The notes: generated from the sequence alone by a model not told the origin. DNA of 64,000 nt from an uncultured Bdellovibrionales bacterium (GCA_964579335.1 CAZOFS010000001.1:11196-75195); one strand, 5' to 3'. Numbered from the stretch's first letter, positions 27,040 through 36,968 are shown. Numbers and translations: made by a program.

Positions 27040-29209
27040 TTTTTTGAAACCAAGGACGGAGGAAGCTTAAGGTAGCTAGCTGATAGAGAAGAAGTTGGAT
27101 GTTTATTCCCAAGAGCAGGGTAATAAAGAAATCATAAATGGCAAGCATAGCTATGCCATTATGTTGTCCAAAAAATGAATTTTCAATAATAAGTGGAAGA
27201 AAAGAGAAGATAAACATAAAAAAAGGAAGGGAAAATTTCCAGGAACGTCTTTGAATAATAAAGAAAAGATTAATGAAAGAAAGGATGGTTACGGTAAACC
27301 ATAGCAGGGATCGAATAAAGGAAGTGTTAATAATATGACGATAGATGTTATTTGAAAGGAGTGATATAAGATCGAAGTAATTACCCTGGAAAGATTTTGT
27401 GATCCCGGTAAGGAACTTTATTGCGGAATGTTCGTGGTAGGTAATACTTTGACCCAAAGCAGTTTTAATTTCAGGGAGGAGGTTCACAAATCCGCTGGTG
27501 GGCATAATAATAAACGTCCCGGCTACGGTGAAATTGCGAAAACCAATAAAAATAGGAAAGAGTATGAACCCTATTACAAAAAAGAGGATGGTATATCTCC
27601 TTATAAATGCAAAGGGTGGTTCAAAAAACTTTACTCCTAAGAAGATGAAAACTCCTAAAAGGAGAGGGATCCAATCGGTTCGCATCATGCAGATAACTCC
27701 CCATAGAAGCCCTAGGAGAAAATAGTGAACCCAGGATGGGGTATTATTTTTGAGAAGGAAAAACATGTGCGCAAATGCGAGTACAACAAGAGGAAAAGCA
27801 ATAGCTTGTTGATATGGAGTGTGAAACAAAGCAAAAGGAGAAGTGGTAGGAAAAACCATGAGGAAAAAATAGCTCGCACCAAAGGTGAGTGCAACAGCTT
27901 TACCAAATTGTATGGCGAGAACAAAGACAAGAAAAAGAAAGGCTAAAGAAAATAGAAGGGTTTGGGCTACATATGGTCCCCACATTGGTTCGTCGAATAC
28001 CTTGTGAAAGGCAGCAAGAAAGAATCGGTGAAGTGGCTGATAGTAGTACGGCCCGTTCTTTTCGGTAGCTCGCAACATATCTTGGAAATTAGTGACTGAA
28101 AAAGTAGAGCGAGCAAATGACTCGTGGCCAAGCTCATCGCTGCCACCTTTAAAGAAAATGGTCTCTTTGGGTTGGGCATGTGCAGTAGCTAGGATAGATG
28201 CATTGCAAAAGAGTATGAGGAGGAGAAATGCAAGGATATTTCGTTTTGAATTCATTAGGTGAAGTATCCAGTAAAAAGAAGTGATGATAAAGATGCATGA
28301 GAAAAGAGAAAGTGAGAGCTTGAAGCTGAGGAAGTCTTGCTGGACGAGCCAAAAAAATCCAATAAGACTAAAGATAGTACTTAAAAGGAAATATTTCTCC
28401 TTCTTTTCTAATGCTTTTGTTTTCAGCAATAAACCCCAGAGAAAACAACCTAGTAAGAAAGTGAGCAGAAAAACGTTAATGAACTTGTAAATCTCTGTAA
28501 AGAGAATAACTACTGTCCCGGTTGGGAGAGTGTATAAGGGTGTTCCTGACACAGCAATTCGTAGGACACTTTTCTTTTTAATGGTGGCTTCATATTTTAT
28601 AGAGATCTGATTAAATTCATTGGGAACAAGATTGAAGGCCTCCCGCTTTTTCCCAGTTGTTTCAAGAGTTTTTCCGTTGATTGAAACCAATACTTTTTTG
28701 TCAGCGTGAACAATAATTTGATCGCCTGGCTTCGAGTAGAGAAAGGTGCTTGCCTCAAGGATATAGGGAAGAGTATCTCGTTTGGGTTGGTTCTCTTCGT
28801 AAAAGTTGAATGAAATATTATTAAAAAAATACAAAGGCATGTTCTTGCTATCAAAATCAACTTTTTCGTAAGTGTAGCCATTAATACCAGCTGGATCTTC
28901 AGCTGTAGGCTCGCAGCGAGACTGAAGTTTATTGATACCCACATCGCTCTTTATACATACTGACCACCCGTAGGGGAGGAAGTAATAAGATGTTATCTGT
29001 ATAACAAGGAGGAGAGTGAGAGAGGTTATTATTATTTTTTTGAGCCGAGGGGAGGTTTCCCAAGTGGTGGCTAAAATGAGCCAAAAACCAATGAAAGATC
29101 CAACCATCTCTTCGGCCGAAAGAGGTAATCCATCGAAAAACCCGGCTTTACTCCCCGGGAGGATACATATCAGAGTAAAAAGAATTGTGGCAAGGATTTT
29201 GAATCGCAT
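26999..29209 (-). CDS. Large membrane protein: N-terminal signal/anchor, about 230-aa extracytoplasmic domain, then about 12 TM helices (putative GT-C glycosyltransferase or polymerase)
   Basis: 736 aa. Signal-like N-terminus MRFKILATILFTLICILPGSKA. Long hydrophobic C-terminal two-thirds with short loops. Confidence 0.45.
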   Translation of the reverse strand: MRFKILATILFTLICILPGSKAGFFDGLPLSAEEMVGSFIGFWLILATTWETSPRLKKIIITSLTLLLVIQITSYYFLPYGWSVCIKSDVGINKLQSRCEPTAEDPAGINGYTYEKVDFDSKNMPLYFFNNISFNFYEENQPKRDTLPYILEASTFLYSKPGDQIIVHADKKVLVSINGKTLETTGKKREAFNLVPNEFNQISIKYEATIKKKSVLRIAVSGTPLYTLPTGTVVILFTEIYKFINVFLLTFLLGCFLWGLLLKTKALEKKEKYFLLSTIFSLIGFFWLVQQDFLSFKLSLSLFSCIFIITSFYWILHLMNSKRNILAFLLLILFCNASILATAHAQPKETIFFKGGSDELGHESFARSTFSVTNFQDMLRATEKNGPYYYQPLHRFFLAAFHKVFDEPMWGPYVAQTLLFSLAFLFLVFVLAIQFGKAVALTFGASYFFLMVFPTTSPFALFHTPYQQAIAFPLVVLAFAHMFFLLKNNTPSWVHYFLLGLLWGVICMMRTDWIPLLLGVFIFLGVKFFEPPFAFIRRYTILFFVIGFILFPIFIGFRNFTVAGTFIIMPTSGFVNLLPEIKTALGQSITYHEHSAIKFLTGITKSFQGNYFDLISLLSNNIYRHIINTSFIRSLLWFTVTILSFINLFFIIQRRSWKFSLPFFMFIFSFLPLIIENSFFGQHNGIAMLAIYDFFITLLLGINIQLLLYQLATLSFLRPWFQKNVSGLTKYYEKIF

Positions 29210-29213
29210 AGGC

Positions 29214-29870
29214 TTAGCCTATCTTATTTTGAAATTTCTTATATTTGGTAAGGAGATGGTAAATCAAAGAAGAAGATTTTTCTTGAAAATTTTTTCTGTC
29301 GAGGCTTTGGAGAAAGTTAGTGGCTGAAGTAAAATCAATATCACTCATGAGTGTTTTTCCATATTCACCAGCAAAGTGGGCATCGCTGGCGCATATAGGT
29401 GTTTTCCCATAGCGCTCAATGAACTGAGAAGCTTTTCGGTTATCAGACTGGAAGATATTGCGTGCATTAAAAACCTCAATAGCATCGATGAGATGGAGGT
29501 TTTTTTTCAGCTCAGCTGTTGTAAGTACGTGTTTCCGGAGCCGGTCAAAAGGATGGGGGACTATGGTAATGCCGCCTTGGCGCTTGATGGCCTCAAGGGT
29601 GGCTTGGGGAGTGAGTCCGGCTGGTATTTTTTCCTGAATAAATAAGCCGATAACTTCTCCAGCGGAAGTATTAATTTCTTCACCAACAATTACCGTCAGC
29701 CCAGAAGGGGCCATACTCCTGAGTCGGAGGGCGCCAGCTATTTCGTTGTGGTCAGTGATGGCAATGCCTGAAACTTGCTGAGTAATGCAACGCTGTATAA
29801 CATTCTCCAAACTTGCTCCTGCATCTTTGGAATACGGAGCAGTGTGGCAGTGGAATTCAAAATATGACAT
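29214..29870 (-). CDS. PHP-domain metal-dependent phosphoesterase
   Basis: PHP motifs FHCHT (HxH), ITDHN, IVPHPF and ASDAHF. 6 nt downstream of the UbiA-family gene. Confidence 0.7.
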   Translation of the reverse strand: MSYFEFHCHTAPYSKDAGASLENVIQRCITQQVSGIAITDHNEIAGALRLRSMAPSGLTVIVGEEINTSAGEVIGLFIQEKIPAGLTPQATLEAIKRQGGITIVPHPFDRLRKHVLTTAELKKNLHLIDAIEVFNARNIFQSDNRKASQFIERYGKTPICASDAHFAGEYGKTLMSDIDFTSATNFLQSLDRKNFQEKSSSLIYHLLTKYKKFQNKIG

Positions 29871-29876
29871 AGGTGT

Positions 29877-30755
29877 TTATAAATGAAAATGTATAATAGA
29901 AAAAAAGACCATTCCCCAAAGTGCAATATTGACAATCATAGGTCGATCGCTTGAGAAAATTTTGGTAGGATCATCACCTTTTGATTGGACATAAATAATT
30001 TGAAAATAGCGAAAGATGCCAAATACAACAAACGGTACAGTATAGAGTAGATGATGAGTTCCAAAGCGTTCCATGGTGTGATTGTCAATGGTATAAAGCG
30101 CATAGGTAATGATAGTGATTGCTGCTGTAGTACCAAGCAATTGGTTTAGAAATTCTGGATGGTATGAAGAAAGTACATTTCTTATCTGAGATGAATTTTC
30201 CTTAAGGATACCGATCTCACCTTTGCGTTTTCCAAAAGCGATGAAGAGAGCCCCAAAGAAAGTACAAAGGAGTATCCAGGGAGAAACGGAGACGGTAATA
30301 GCTGCAGCACCAGCTAAGATTCTTAGAACAAAACCGATAGCTACTACCATGACATCAAGAATAGGAATTCTCTTTAGATGCCATGAGTAAAGAATATTGA
30401 GAAGGAAATAGCCAGTAGTAATAGCGAAAACAGTAGGGGGTAATAATACAAGGATGATAGTAGTACCAGTAAGGAAAAGAGAGAGAAAGAAAACTAACCC
30501 TTGTTTTACACTGATAACCCTTGAGGCTATGGGGCGATATCGCTTGTGAAGATGTTTTCTATCAGATTCAACATCGGCAATATCATTGAATATATAAATT
30601 GCACTTGCTATTAATGAGAAGGCTGTAAAGGTGATAGTGACCTGTAAAATGTTATTTTGACTAAATTGAAGTGAGAAAACTAGGGGTGCAAAAATAAGTA
30701 CATTCTTAATGAGATGACTAATTCGCATGAGATGAAAATAAGCTTCCCATTTCAT
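29877..30755 (-). CDS. UbiA-superfamily polyprenyl-phosphate phosphoribosyltransferase-like protein (decaprenyl-phosphate 5-phosphoribosyltransferase family)
   Basis: NDIADVESDRKHLHKRYRPIASRVIS closely matches the DPPR-synthase signature NDVRDVEADRKHPTKRFRPIAAG. About 8 TM helices. Confidence 0.75.
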   Translation of the reverse strand: MKWEAYFHLMRISHLIKNVLIFAPLVFSLQFSQNNILQVTITFTAFSLIASAIYIFNDIADVESDRKHLHKRYRPIASRVISVKQGLVFFLSLFLTGTTIILVLLPPTVFAITTGYFLLNILYSWHLKRIPILDVMVVAIGFVLRILAGAAAITVSVSPWILLCTFFGALFIAFGKRKGEIGILKENSSQIRNVLSSYHPEFLNQLLGTTAAITIITYALYTIDNHTMERFGTHHLLYTVPFVVFGIFRYFQIIYVQSKGDDPTKIFSSDRPMIVNIALWGMVFFSIIHFHL

Positions 30756-31156
30756 AATATTTTTGGCTGGGTATCTGGTTTATAAAAAACCCAGTATTTA
30801 CTAGAAAAATAAGTAAAAAGAATAGCAAAAATAAGCGCGATGGTTTTCGAGATGTTGTAGTGAATTCCAAAGTTTATTGTGGCGAGATGAATAATAAATT
30901 CGGTAATGCCCAGAGCTATAAAGGTAACAAAAAGGTAATGGGAAATTTTTGAAAACTCTCGACCAGAAGTATTGTAACGAAAAGTCCATCTGCTATGAAG
31001 GATATAGCCTACTATCACACTTGTCGTAAATCCTAAAAGAACAGACCAGAAAAGGGTAAAATGAAGACCTAAATAGAGAATATTTAAAACAAAATAATCT
31101 ACTGAAATACTGAAAATTCCGACCAGGCTATAGCGTACCAATTGATACTCTATCAT
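30752..31156 (-). CDS. GtrA-family small membrane protein (lipid-linked sugar translocation accessory)
   Basis: 134 aa, 4 TM helices. VRYSLVGIFSISVDYFVLNILY...HSRWTFRY matches the GtrA-like family. 4-nt overlap with the UbiA-family gene. Confidence 0.7.
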   Translation of the reverse strand: MIEYQLVRYSLVGIFSISVDYFVLNILYLGLHFTLFWSVLLGFTTSVIVGYILHSRWTFRYNTSGREFSKISHYLFVTFIALGITEFIIHLATINFGIHYNISKTIALIFAILFTYFSSKYWVFYKPDTQPKIL

Positions 31157-31171
31157 ACGGGAGAAATTCGA

Positions 31172-32674
31172 TTATTGAGAGGTAACCGAAGCTATAACGT
31201 ATAATTCTCCAAATTTTATGGAGGAACTTTCGATTTTCAACCCTGCTTTTTCAAGTTCGGAGCGGAAATTTTCTTCAGTGTATTCTATAAAGTGAGTATC
31301 ATCGAGTTTGTAGCTAAAACCCTGATTCTTTTTGTAAACACTAAGCCAGTCACGAGTTATCATAGGAACTCGAATAAGAAATTTTGGAGCTAATCTCTTG
31401 ATGTTTTTTAAGAATTCTTTTCGTTTTTTTATGTGTTCTAGAACATTTGAAAGGACAATTATATCGAAAGTTTCCGTAAATTGATAATTCGTGGCATCAC
31501 CCTCAATAAATCGCATGTTATCAAGGCAGTATTCTTTTTTTGCAAGAACAATGTTTTTATTTATGATATCAATCCCGGTTACTTTTCGAGCTTTTTGGGC
31601 AATATGGTGGGCAACAAATCCGCTTCCATATCCGATATCAAGAACGGAATCACTTGGATGAACGTTTTCTACAAAAAATTTATGGTAGTCTGATATTTTA
31701 TGCTTTGGATGAATTCCACCATTATCTTTTATGGCAAGGAAACTAATAACCTTGTAAGAAAAATTATTGAGCCAGCAGAAAAAATGCATTACACCCCGAT
31801 TGATTGTTTTTAAAGGAAACTTTTCCCATAGAGTTTTATTTTTTTTCTTTTCTGATGATCCAACTTTTTTGAATACAAGCAAGATGGAGTGACTACTGAA
31901 AGGAGCTACGAGAAAAGAAATTCCATAGTTGAGAATTTTCACTAATAGGTTTTGACTGTCGTAAATTTTTTGTAACCAAGGTTTGAGAATAGAGGCTTCA
32001 TCTTTAAGTCCTTTCATTCCGGCATAGTGAGTTTTGCACACCAATCTAAATCCGTCATTAGTAAGTTCTTTGATGAGTTGATTGTGATCTAGAGCAAATT
32101 GGTAGAATTTGTCTTTCTGATCAATATGAGGATTAAAGAGGGGGTAACAGCCAAGCTTTATCTTCAACCTTCGTAAGAGTGAAAGATGAGGAAAGGTAAG
32201 AAAAAGATAACCCCCATCCTTCAGTACGCGTTTCATCTCATGGAGGATGGGCTGATAACCATCAAAAAAATGCTCAATAACTCCAATTGACCAATACCCA
32301 TCAAAATAAGCATCCGGGAATTCGAGGCTTCTTACATCTCCAGCACGAACATCAAGATAGGGAAAGGAAGCCTTTATTTTGTCGATGGTTTTTGGAGCAT
32401 AATCTACACCGTATGCATCGTAGCCGAGTTCATGAAAGGCATAAACAAACTGTCCATTACCACAGCCCCCCTCGATGATCTTTTTTGTTTTTTCTGGGGG
32501 GATAAATTTTTGGGTAGTTTTGGTTATCAGCCGATTATTAAGGCCATTCTTAACTACCTCTTCAAAATTGGTTACATCCCATTGGTTATCCCAATAGCTT
32601 GGAGAAGCTTCTTGTTCTATGAATACGATTCTATTTCCTTGGGGATCAAAATATTTTTTCATACAGTTCAGCAA
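31172..32674 (-). CDS. Tandem double SAM-dependent methyltransferase (two class I MT domains in one polypeptide)
   Basis: Domain 1 IIEGGCGNGQFVYAFHELGYDAYGVDYAPK is a paralog of 20711-21505. Domain 2 is VLDIGYGSGFVAHHIAQKARKVTGIDI...IIVLSNVLEHI. Confidence 0.7.
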   Translation of the reverse strand: MLNCMKKYFDPQGNRIVFIEQEASPSYWDNQWDVTNFEEVVKNGLNNRLITKTTQKFIPPEKTKKIIEGGCGNGQFVYAFHELGYDAYGVDYAPKTIDKIKASFPYLDVRAGDVRSLEFPDAYFDGYWSIGVIEHFFDGYQPILHEMKRVLKDGGYLFLTFPHLSLLRRLKIKLGCYPLFNPHIDQKDKFYQFALDHNQLIKELTNDGFRLVCKTHYAGMKGLKDEASILKPWLQKIYDSQNLLVKILNYGISFLVAPFSSHSILLVFKKVGSSEKKKNKTLWEKFPLKTINRGVMHFFCWLNNFSYKVISFLAIKDNGGIHPKHKISDYHKFFVENVHPSDSVLDIGYGSGFVAHHIAQKARKVTGIDIINKNIVLAKKEYCLDNMRFIEGDATNYQFTETFDIIVLSNVLEHIKKRKEFLKNIKRLAPKFLIRVPMITRDWLSVYKKNQGFSYKLDDTHFIEYTEENFRSELEKAGLKIESSSIKFGELYVIASVTSQ

Positions 32675-32686
32675 TCTGGTAAGCAG

Positions 32687-33682
32687 CTAAAAAATCTCGA
32701 TGTACTTCTGGGTCATAATGTCGAGTGAGAAGTTCTTTTCGGCAATAGCCCTGCTTTTTTCTGAGTAGGACACAAGGTTTTGTAAGATGGAATTGAGGTT
32801 ATCAGCAAACTGGTCGGTATTGTATGCCCGGCGTTTCCAAAAGGCATCCCCATCAGCGGGTATAAGGAGACTATTTTCTCCCGGGATAGTTAGTTCATTC
32901 ATAGATCCATCATTGACCCCACATATAGGCAAGCCGCAAGCCATGGCCTCAATGATGTTGTTGGGGCAAGGTGGGTTGAGATGAGTCATGAGAAAAACGT
33001 CGGCTGACCTTTGGTATTTTGGGAGATCCTCGTTTTTGATCTTACCAAGGAAATGAAGTTCCGTAAATTGAGAAAATTCCTGTGGCACAGTGGCCACTTC
33101 CCGGGTAAAATCACCGATGATAAGGAATTTAAAATTGTCGGTATATTTCTTTTTGTAAATTCTGAGAGCTTCAATGAGTGGGAGAATCTGGTCAGTGCGG
33201 CGAAATTTGGAAACAGTGATGAATAGTTTCTGTTCCGGATCGTCTCGCAGATTTTCAATCTTCTCTCCTCTTGGAGTAAAACGGTTGATATCTACTCCAT
33301 TGTAAATGATCGAGTAATTCTCATCTTTTCCTTTACCGAGAAACGTATCAGCGCAGTGCTTGCTGTATTTACTCTGGTATACAGTAAAATCAGCGAAAAA
33401 ACGATGAATGAAACTGGGTGGGAAATTGAGAAGGGGATATTTCCAACCAGCTACTGACCAGTAGTAGACTCCATCAAGGCGTTGAATAATTTTCTTTTTA
33501 TGGAATTTGGCATGCAGGAGGTAAAAGGGATTGCACTGTACCATTACAAACAGTACATCATAATCTTTGCGGAATGTGTAAAAAACTTCATGACCTGCTT
33601 TCTCAAGAGCTTGGCCGAACTTTTTTGCAAAAGTAGAAGTGCCTCCGGTATCTTGGATAGCGAAAGGAAGGAATATTTTCAT
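32687..33682 (-). CDS. Glycosyltransferase (GT-B, GT4-like)
   Basis: N-terminus KIFLPFAIQDTGGTSTFAKKFGQALEKAGHEV. C-terminus CPNNIIEAMACGLPICGVNDGSMNELT. Confidence 0.65.
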   Translation of the reverse strand: MKIFLPFAIQDTGGTSTFAKKFGQALEKAGHEVFYTFRKDYDVLFVMVQCNPFYLLHAKFHKKKIIQRLDGVYYWSVAGWKYPLLNFPPSFIHRFFADFTVYQSKYSKHCADTFLGKGKDENYSIIYNGVDINRFTPRGEKIENLRDDPEQKLFITVSKFRRTDQILPLIEALRIYKKKYTDNFKFLIIGDFTREVATVPQEFSQFTELHFLGKIKNEDLPKYQRSADVFLMTHLNPPCPNNIIEAMACGLPICGVNDGSMNELTIPGENSLLIPADGDAFWKRRAYNTDQFADNLNSILQNLVSYSEKSRAIAEKNFSLDIMTQKYIEIF

Positions 33683-34839
33683 AGAGTTTTGGATAAAGAA
33701 GATATTTTTTCAAGATACATGTTGATAGAATGATCCCAATTAAATTTCTGTTCTATTTCCTGACGAGCATTTTCTCCTAGTTCTTGTCGACGCAACTCGT
33801 TATCGAGAAGCTCTTCGAGGGATTTTTTGATAGCTTCTGTATCATGTGGTGGAATGATAATTCCTGATTGATTATGCGTAAGGATTTCTGGCGTCCCCCC
33901 AACATTGGTAGCGATCATAGCCCGACGACACGCTCCTGCTTCTAGGACTGATGTAGGGAGTCCTTCGTTGTAGCTTGGATTTATAAAGACATCAGTTACC
34001 TTGAGGAGGCTGATAACTTTACTAAAAGGTATATTTCCAAGAAATTTCGTTTGATTTGAAAGGCTATTTTCTCGGACGTATTGTTCAAGATGGATTCTTT
34101 CTGGGCCATCACCGACAATAACAAGCAGAATATCGGAACGCCTCAAAAAAGCTACCGCTTCCAAGAGATGTTTCACCCCTTTTCCATAGATAAGTCGTCC
34201 TACATAGGTAATGATCTTCTTTTCTCCCGCTTCACTTTGCAGGTTTTGATCGGGAAGAATAGCATCAATTTCGGCAAATGGCATACCTCGGTAAATCACA
34301 GTCGATTTTTTTCTTGAGAGTTTCTCTACGAATCGGGCAGCGGATCTGGAAGGGGTGATAATGAGATCGGCTCGGGAGAGCGTGAAGCGGCCGATGGTCA
34401 TGTCCACCAGTCGTGAGATGAGGGAAATAAGAAGGGTATTCTTGACGTAATCGCTGCAGTGTTCGATGTGAAGATAGGGGGTGCGGTGTCGTTTAGCGAA
34501 GTAGAGAGCGAAGAGAGGTTGGATAAAAAACCGAAGCGTGGAAATAGTAAGGTCGAATTCTTCTTGATTGATCTGCTTCCATTGGCGCCAAAAATCTTTG
34601 TTCCAAATTTTTGGCAAAGGATAATTGAAGATAATGTCAAAAGCGGGGTAGCGGAGAATACGGATATTCCCTTGAGTCTCTTCTTGAGGCGCAGAAAGAG
34701 GAAGACGGGGAGTGAAGATAGTAATATGATGGCCACGTTTAGCAAAATTTTCATGGAGTTCCTCGGAGTATTTCTCCATACCTCCGATATGAGGGGGGTA
34801 GTAAGGAGCGAAGTCGATAATTTTCATAAGACTTTCCAA
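33679..34839 (-). CDS. Glycosyltransferase family 4
   Basis: MKIIDFAPYYPPHIGGMEKYSEEL and NEGLPTSVLEAGACRRAMIATNVGGTPEIL. 4-nt overlap with the downstream gene. Confidence 0.75.
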   Translation of the reverse strand: MESLMKIIDFAPYYPPHIGGMEKYSEELHENFAKRGHHITIFTPRLPLSAPQEETQGNIRILRYPAFDIIFNYPLPKIWNKDFWRQWKQINQEEFDLTISTLRFFIQPLFALYFAKRHRTPYLHIEHCSDYVKNTLLISLISRLVDMTIGRFTLSRADLIITPSRSAARFVEKLSRKKSTVIYRGMPFAEIDAILPDQNLQSEAGEKKIITYVGRLIYGKGVKHLLEAVAFLRRSDILLVIVGDGPERIHLEQYVRENSLSNQTKFLGNIPFSKVISLLKVTDVFINPSYNEGLPTSVLEAGACRRAMIATNVGGTPEILTHNQSGIIIPPHDTEAIKKSLEELLDNELRRQELGENARQEIEQKFNWDHSINMYLEKISSLSKTL

Positions 34840-36881
34840 ATAATCACTTCGTCAAATTCATTCTCGATATGATATACTCGCTCAAATTTTTGAGGAAATT
34901 GGTCGAAAAGAAATTTTCCTTCTGGACAAGGCTCAATACCCCAAGACTTCATGCTATATGGACGATCACGGTAAGGATTTTTGGTGTGGACTTGCGAGTA
35001 GTAAACATAGAGGGATTTTTCTTTGAAAGAAGAAAGAGGGGTAAGGGTATAAATGTATTTATTGGAAATTGGCGCGCTAAGAGTGGGAATAGTTGAGAGA
35101 GGGGAAATGGTAAAAATTAGTTTGCTTGCCTCTAGTGTATTGACTGTTTTCTCAAATGATTGGTAGCTGGTTTCACAGTAAACTTGATTGGGAATATTTA
35201 CTACCGTACTTTTTGCATATACAGGAAGTAGTCCACGGTAACCATAAGATAAGAAGAGTCGGTTTTCGGGGAGAGTAGTCTGGATCCATTCAGCGCTCTG
35301 GAGTTGAAGGGGGGAAATGAGATAACGCTTCAAATAGTTGATGTAGAGAGTCCCACTTATGGTGATCACAAAGCACATCGTAAACAAAATAATTGCTTTA
35401 GAAGAGATTTTTGAAAAATACTGAAGGAGAATAAAGAGAAAAAAGTATCCAAAAATACCTGCGAACACCCAAGCGCGATCAGGGAGGAGAGCTAAACCAG
35501 GAAAACGAGGAAATACTTCAGCAATAACAAAAAAAGTAAGAAAGGAAAGAAAAATGATAGAGAGCGCTGGACTCCCGAAGAGTCTTTTTGAAGCAAAAGA
35601 ACGGAATTTTTTGTGGAACAAAAGAATGAGAAAAGCGAGAAGGATTAGCCCGAGCACTGGCCCGACATAGTAAGCATAAAATTTGATAATACCGCTCCAG
35701 GAGGTCCAGCCCATCAGATTGCGGTCAATGTTGGAGTATTGTGCGGGATAAAACCAGTTAAAGTGGGCTTTTTCTAAAAAAGAAGGAGCAAGCTTATAAA
35801 TCCAGTGTATGCCAAATTCATAGAGTGGTTTGAGGAACTGGATAGTGGAAATCACGATGAGAATAAGGAAGAGAGAGATTTTTTTGTTGCCATAGATAGC
35901 CTTTCGCTTAGCAATGATGACGGGCAGTACCCAAGCTGGAATCATGAGTAATGCTGTTTGATGGTAGAAAAAAGCCAAAAGTATGGTTAATCCAGAGATA
36001 TATAAGAAAAAGTCATCTTGCTTAAGATGAGAATAAATCAAGAAAAAGGTAATAAAATAACAGAGCACGATAAACGGCGCTTGCGGCATAGCAGTACCGG
36101 CATACAGGATGACATTAGGAATGCTAAATAGAAAAAGGAGGAAGATCCACTGACTGCTTTTGTTTGGAAATGTTTTGGCAATGAGCCAACCAGGAATAAG
36201 GGCCGTGAGAAGCAAAAAAGGAAGAAAGTATTTAAAGAACTCGGCTATAGTAATGCCAGTAAGAGTGGTTGCAGCAAAAATGAGCGAGCCAAAAAATGGC
36301 CGTTCAGCATAGTCAAGAAGATGGTTCTCAAACTGATAGGTGTATTTATACAGCCACTTGTAAGGGTCTAGGTCTGGAAGCGGGGAAAAAGAAAAAACTT
36401 GGAGTAGGAGGAAGATAATTCCAAAAACAAAAGAGAGGAAAAGAGGATGGAAATGGAAGTTGAGAACGGTGTGACAGGGTACGAAAGAAGGAAGGGTAGT
36501 TTTTTTGAAAAAGAGAAGGAGACTTGCTGGTATCAGAAGAAGAAAAATATTGATAATAGGATGCCAAACAGCAATGCTTTTGAGGAGGAAAAATTCTAGA
36601 TTCAAGATAAGAGGAGGGATAAGAAAGCTCATTAAGAAAGAAAGAGAAAGAAATTCCCAAGTACCGAAGGTCTTTTTAAAGAGCCATTGGAGAATGAGGG
36701 TGACGCAAGCCCCGGTGCCAAACAGAAAAAAGAGGCTGCCGCCAAGTAGTTGGGATAAGAAAAGGATGGGATGATCCCATGTCTGTCGAAGAAGAAGAAC
36801 ACTAATATATCCCCCAAGAATGAGGAAAAGGTAGAAAAAAGAGCCTTGAGATAAAAGGAGACGATTCAAAGAGGTGGCCAT
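34824..36881 (-). CDS. Large polytopic membrane protein with a C-terminal extracytoplasmic domain (putative GT-C glycosyltransferase / polymerase)
   Basis: 685 aa with at least 14 hydrophobic helices, then a soluble C-terminal domain of about 170 aa. No soluble enzymatic motif recognised. Confidence 0.45.
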   Translation of the reverse strand: MATSLNRLLLSQGSFFYLFLILGGYISVLLLRQTWDHPILFLSQLLGGSLFFLFGTGACVTLILQWLFKKTFGTWEFLSLSFLMSFLIPPLILNLEFFLLKSIAVWHPIINIFLLLIPASLLLFFKKTTLPSFVPCHTVLNFHFHPLFLSFVFGIIFLLLQVFSFSPLPDLDPYKWLYKYTYQFENHLLDYAERPFFGSLIFAATTLTGITIAEFFKYFLPFLLLTALIPGWLIAKTFPNKSSQWIFLLFLFSIPNVILYAGTAMPQAPFIVLCYFITFFLIYSHLKQDDFFLYISGLTILLAFFYHQTALLMIPAWVLPVIIAKRKAIYGNKKISLFLILIVISTIQFLKPLYEFGIHWIYKLAPSFLEKAHFNWFYPAQYSNIDRNLMGWTSWSGIIKFYAYYVGPVLGLILLAFLILLFHKKFRSFASKRLFGSPALSIIFLSFLTFFVIAEVFPRFPGLALLPDRAWVFAGIFGYFFLFILLQYFSKISSKAIILFTMCFVITISGTLYINYLKRYLISPLQLQSAEWIQTTLPENRLFLSYGYRGLLPVYAKSTVVNIPNQVYCETSYQSFEKTVNTLEASKLIFTISPLSTIPTLSAPISNKYIYTLTPLSSFKEKSLYVYYSQVHTKNPYRDRPYSMKSWGIEPCPEGKFLFDQFPQKFERVYHIENEFDEVIIWKVL

Positions 36882-36968
36882 ATATCTTCCAAATTATAGC
36901 CTATTCCACCCTCTTGCGTAAAGAATTTTCCCTTAAAAAAGCCATTATCATTCGATTGAGTTGGAGAC

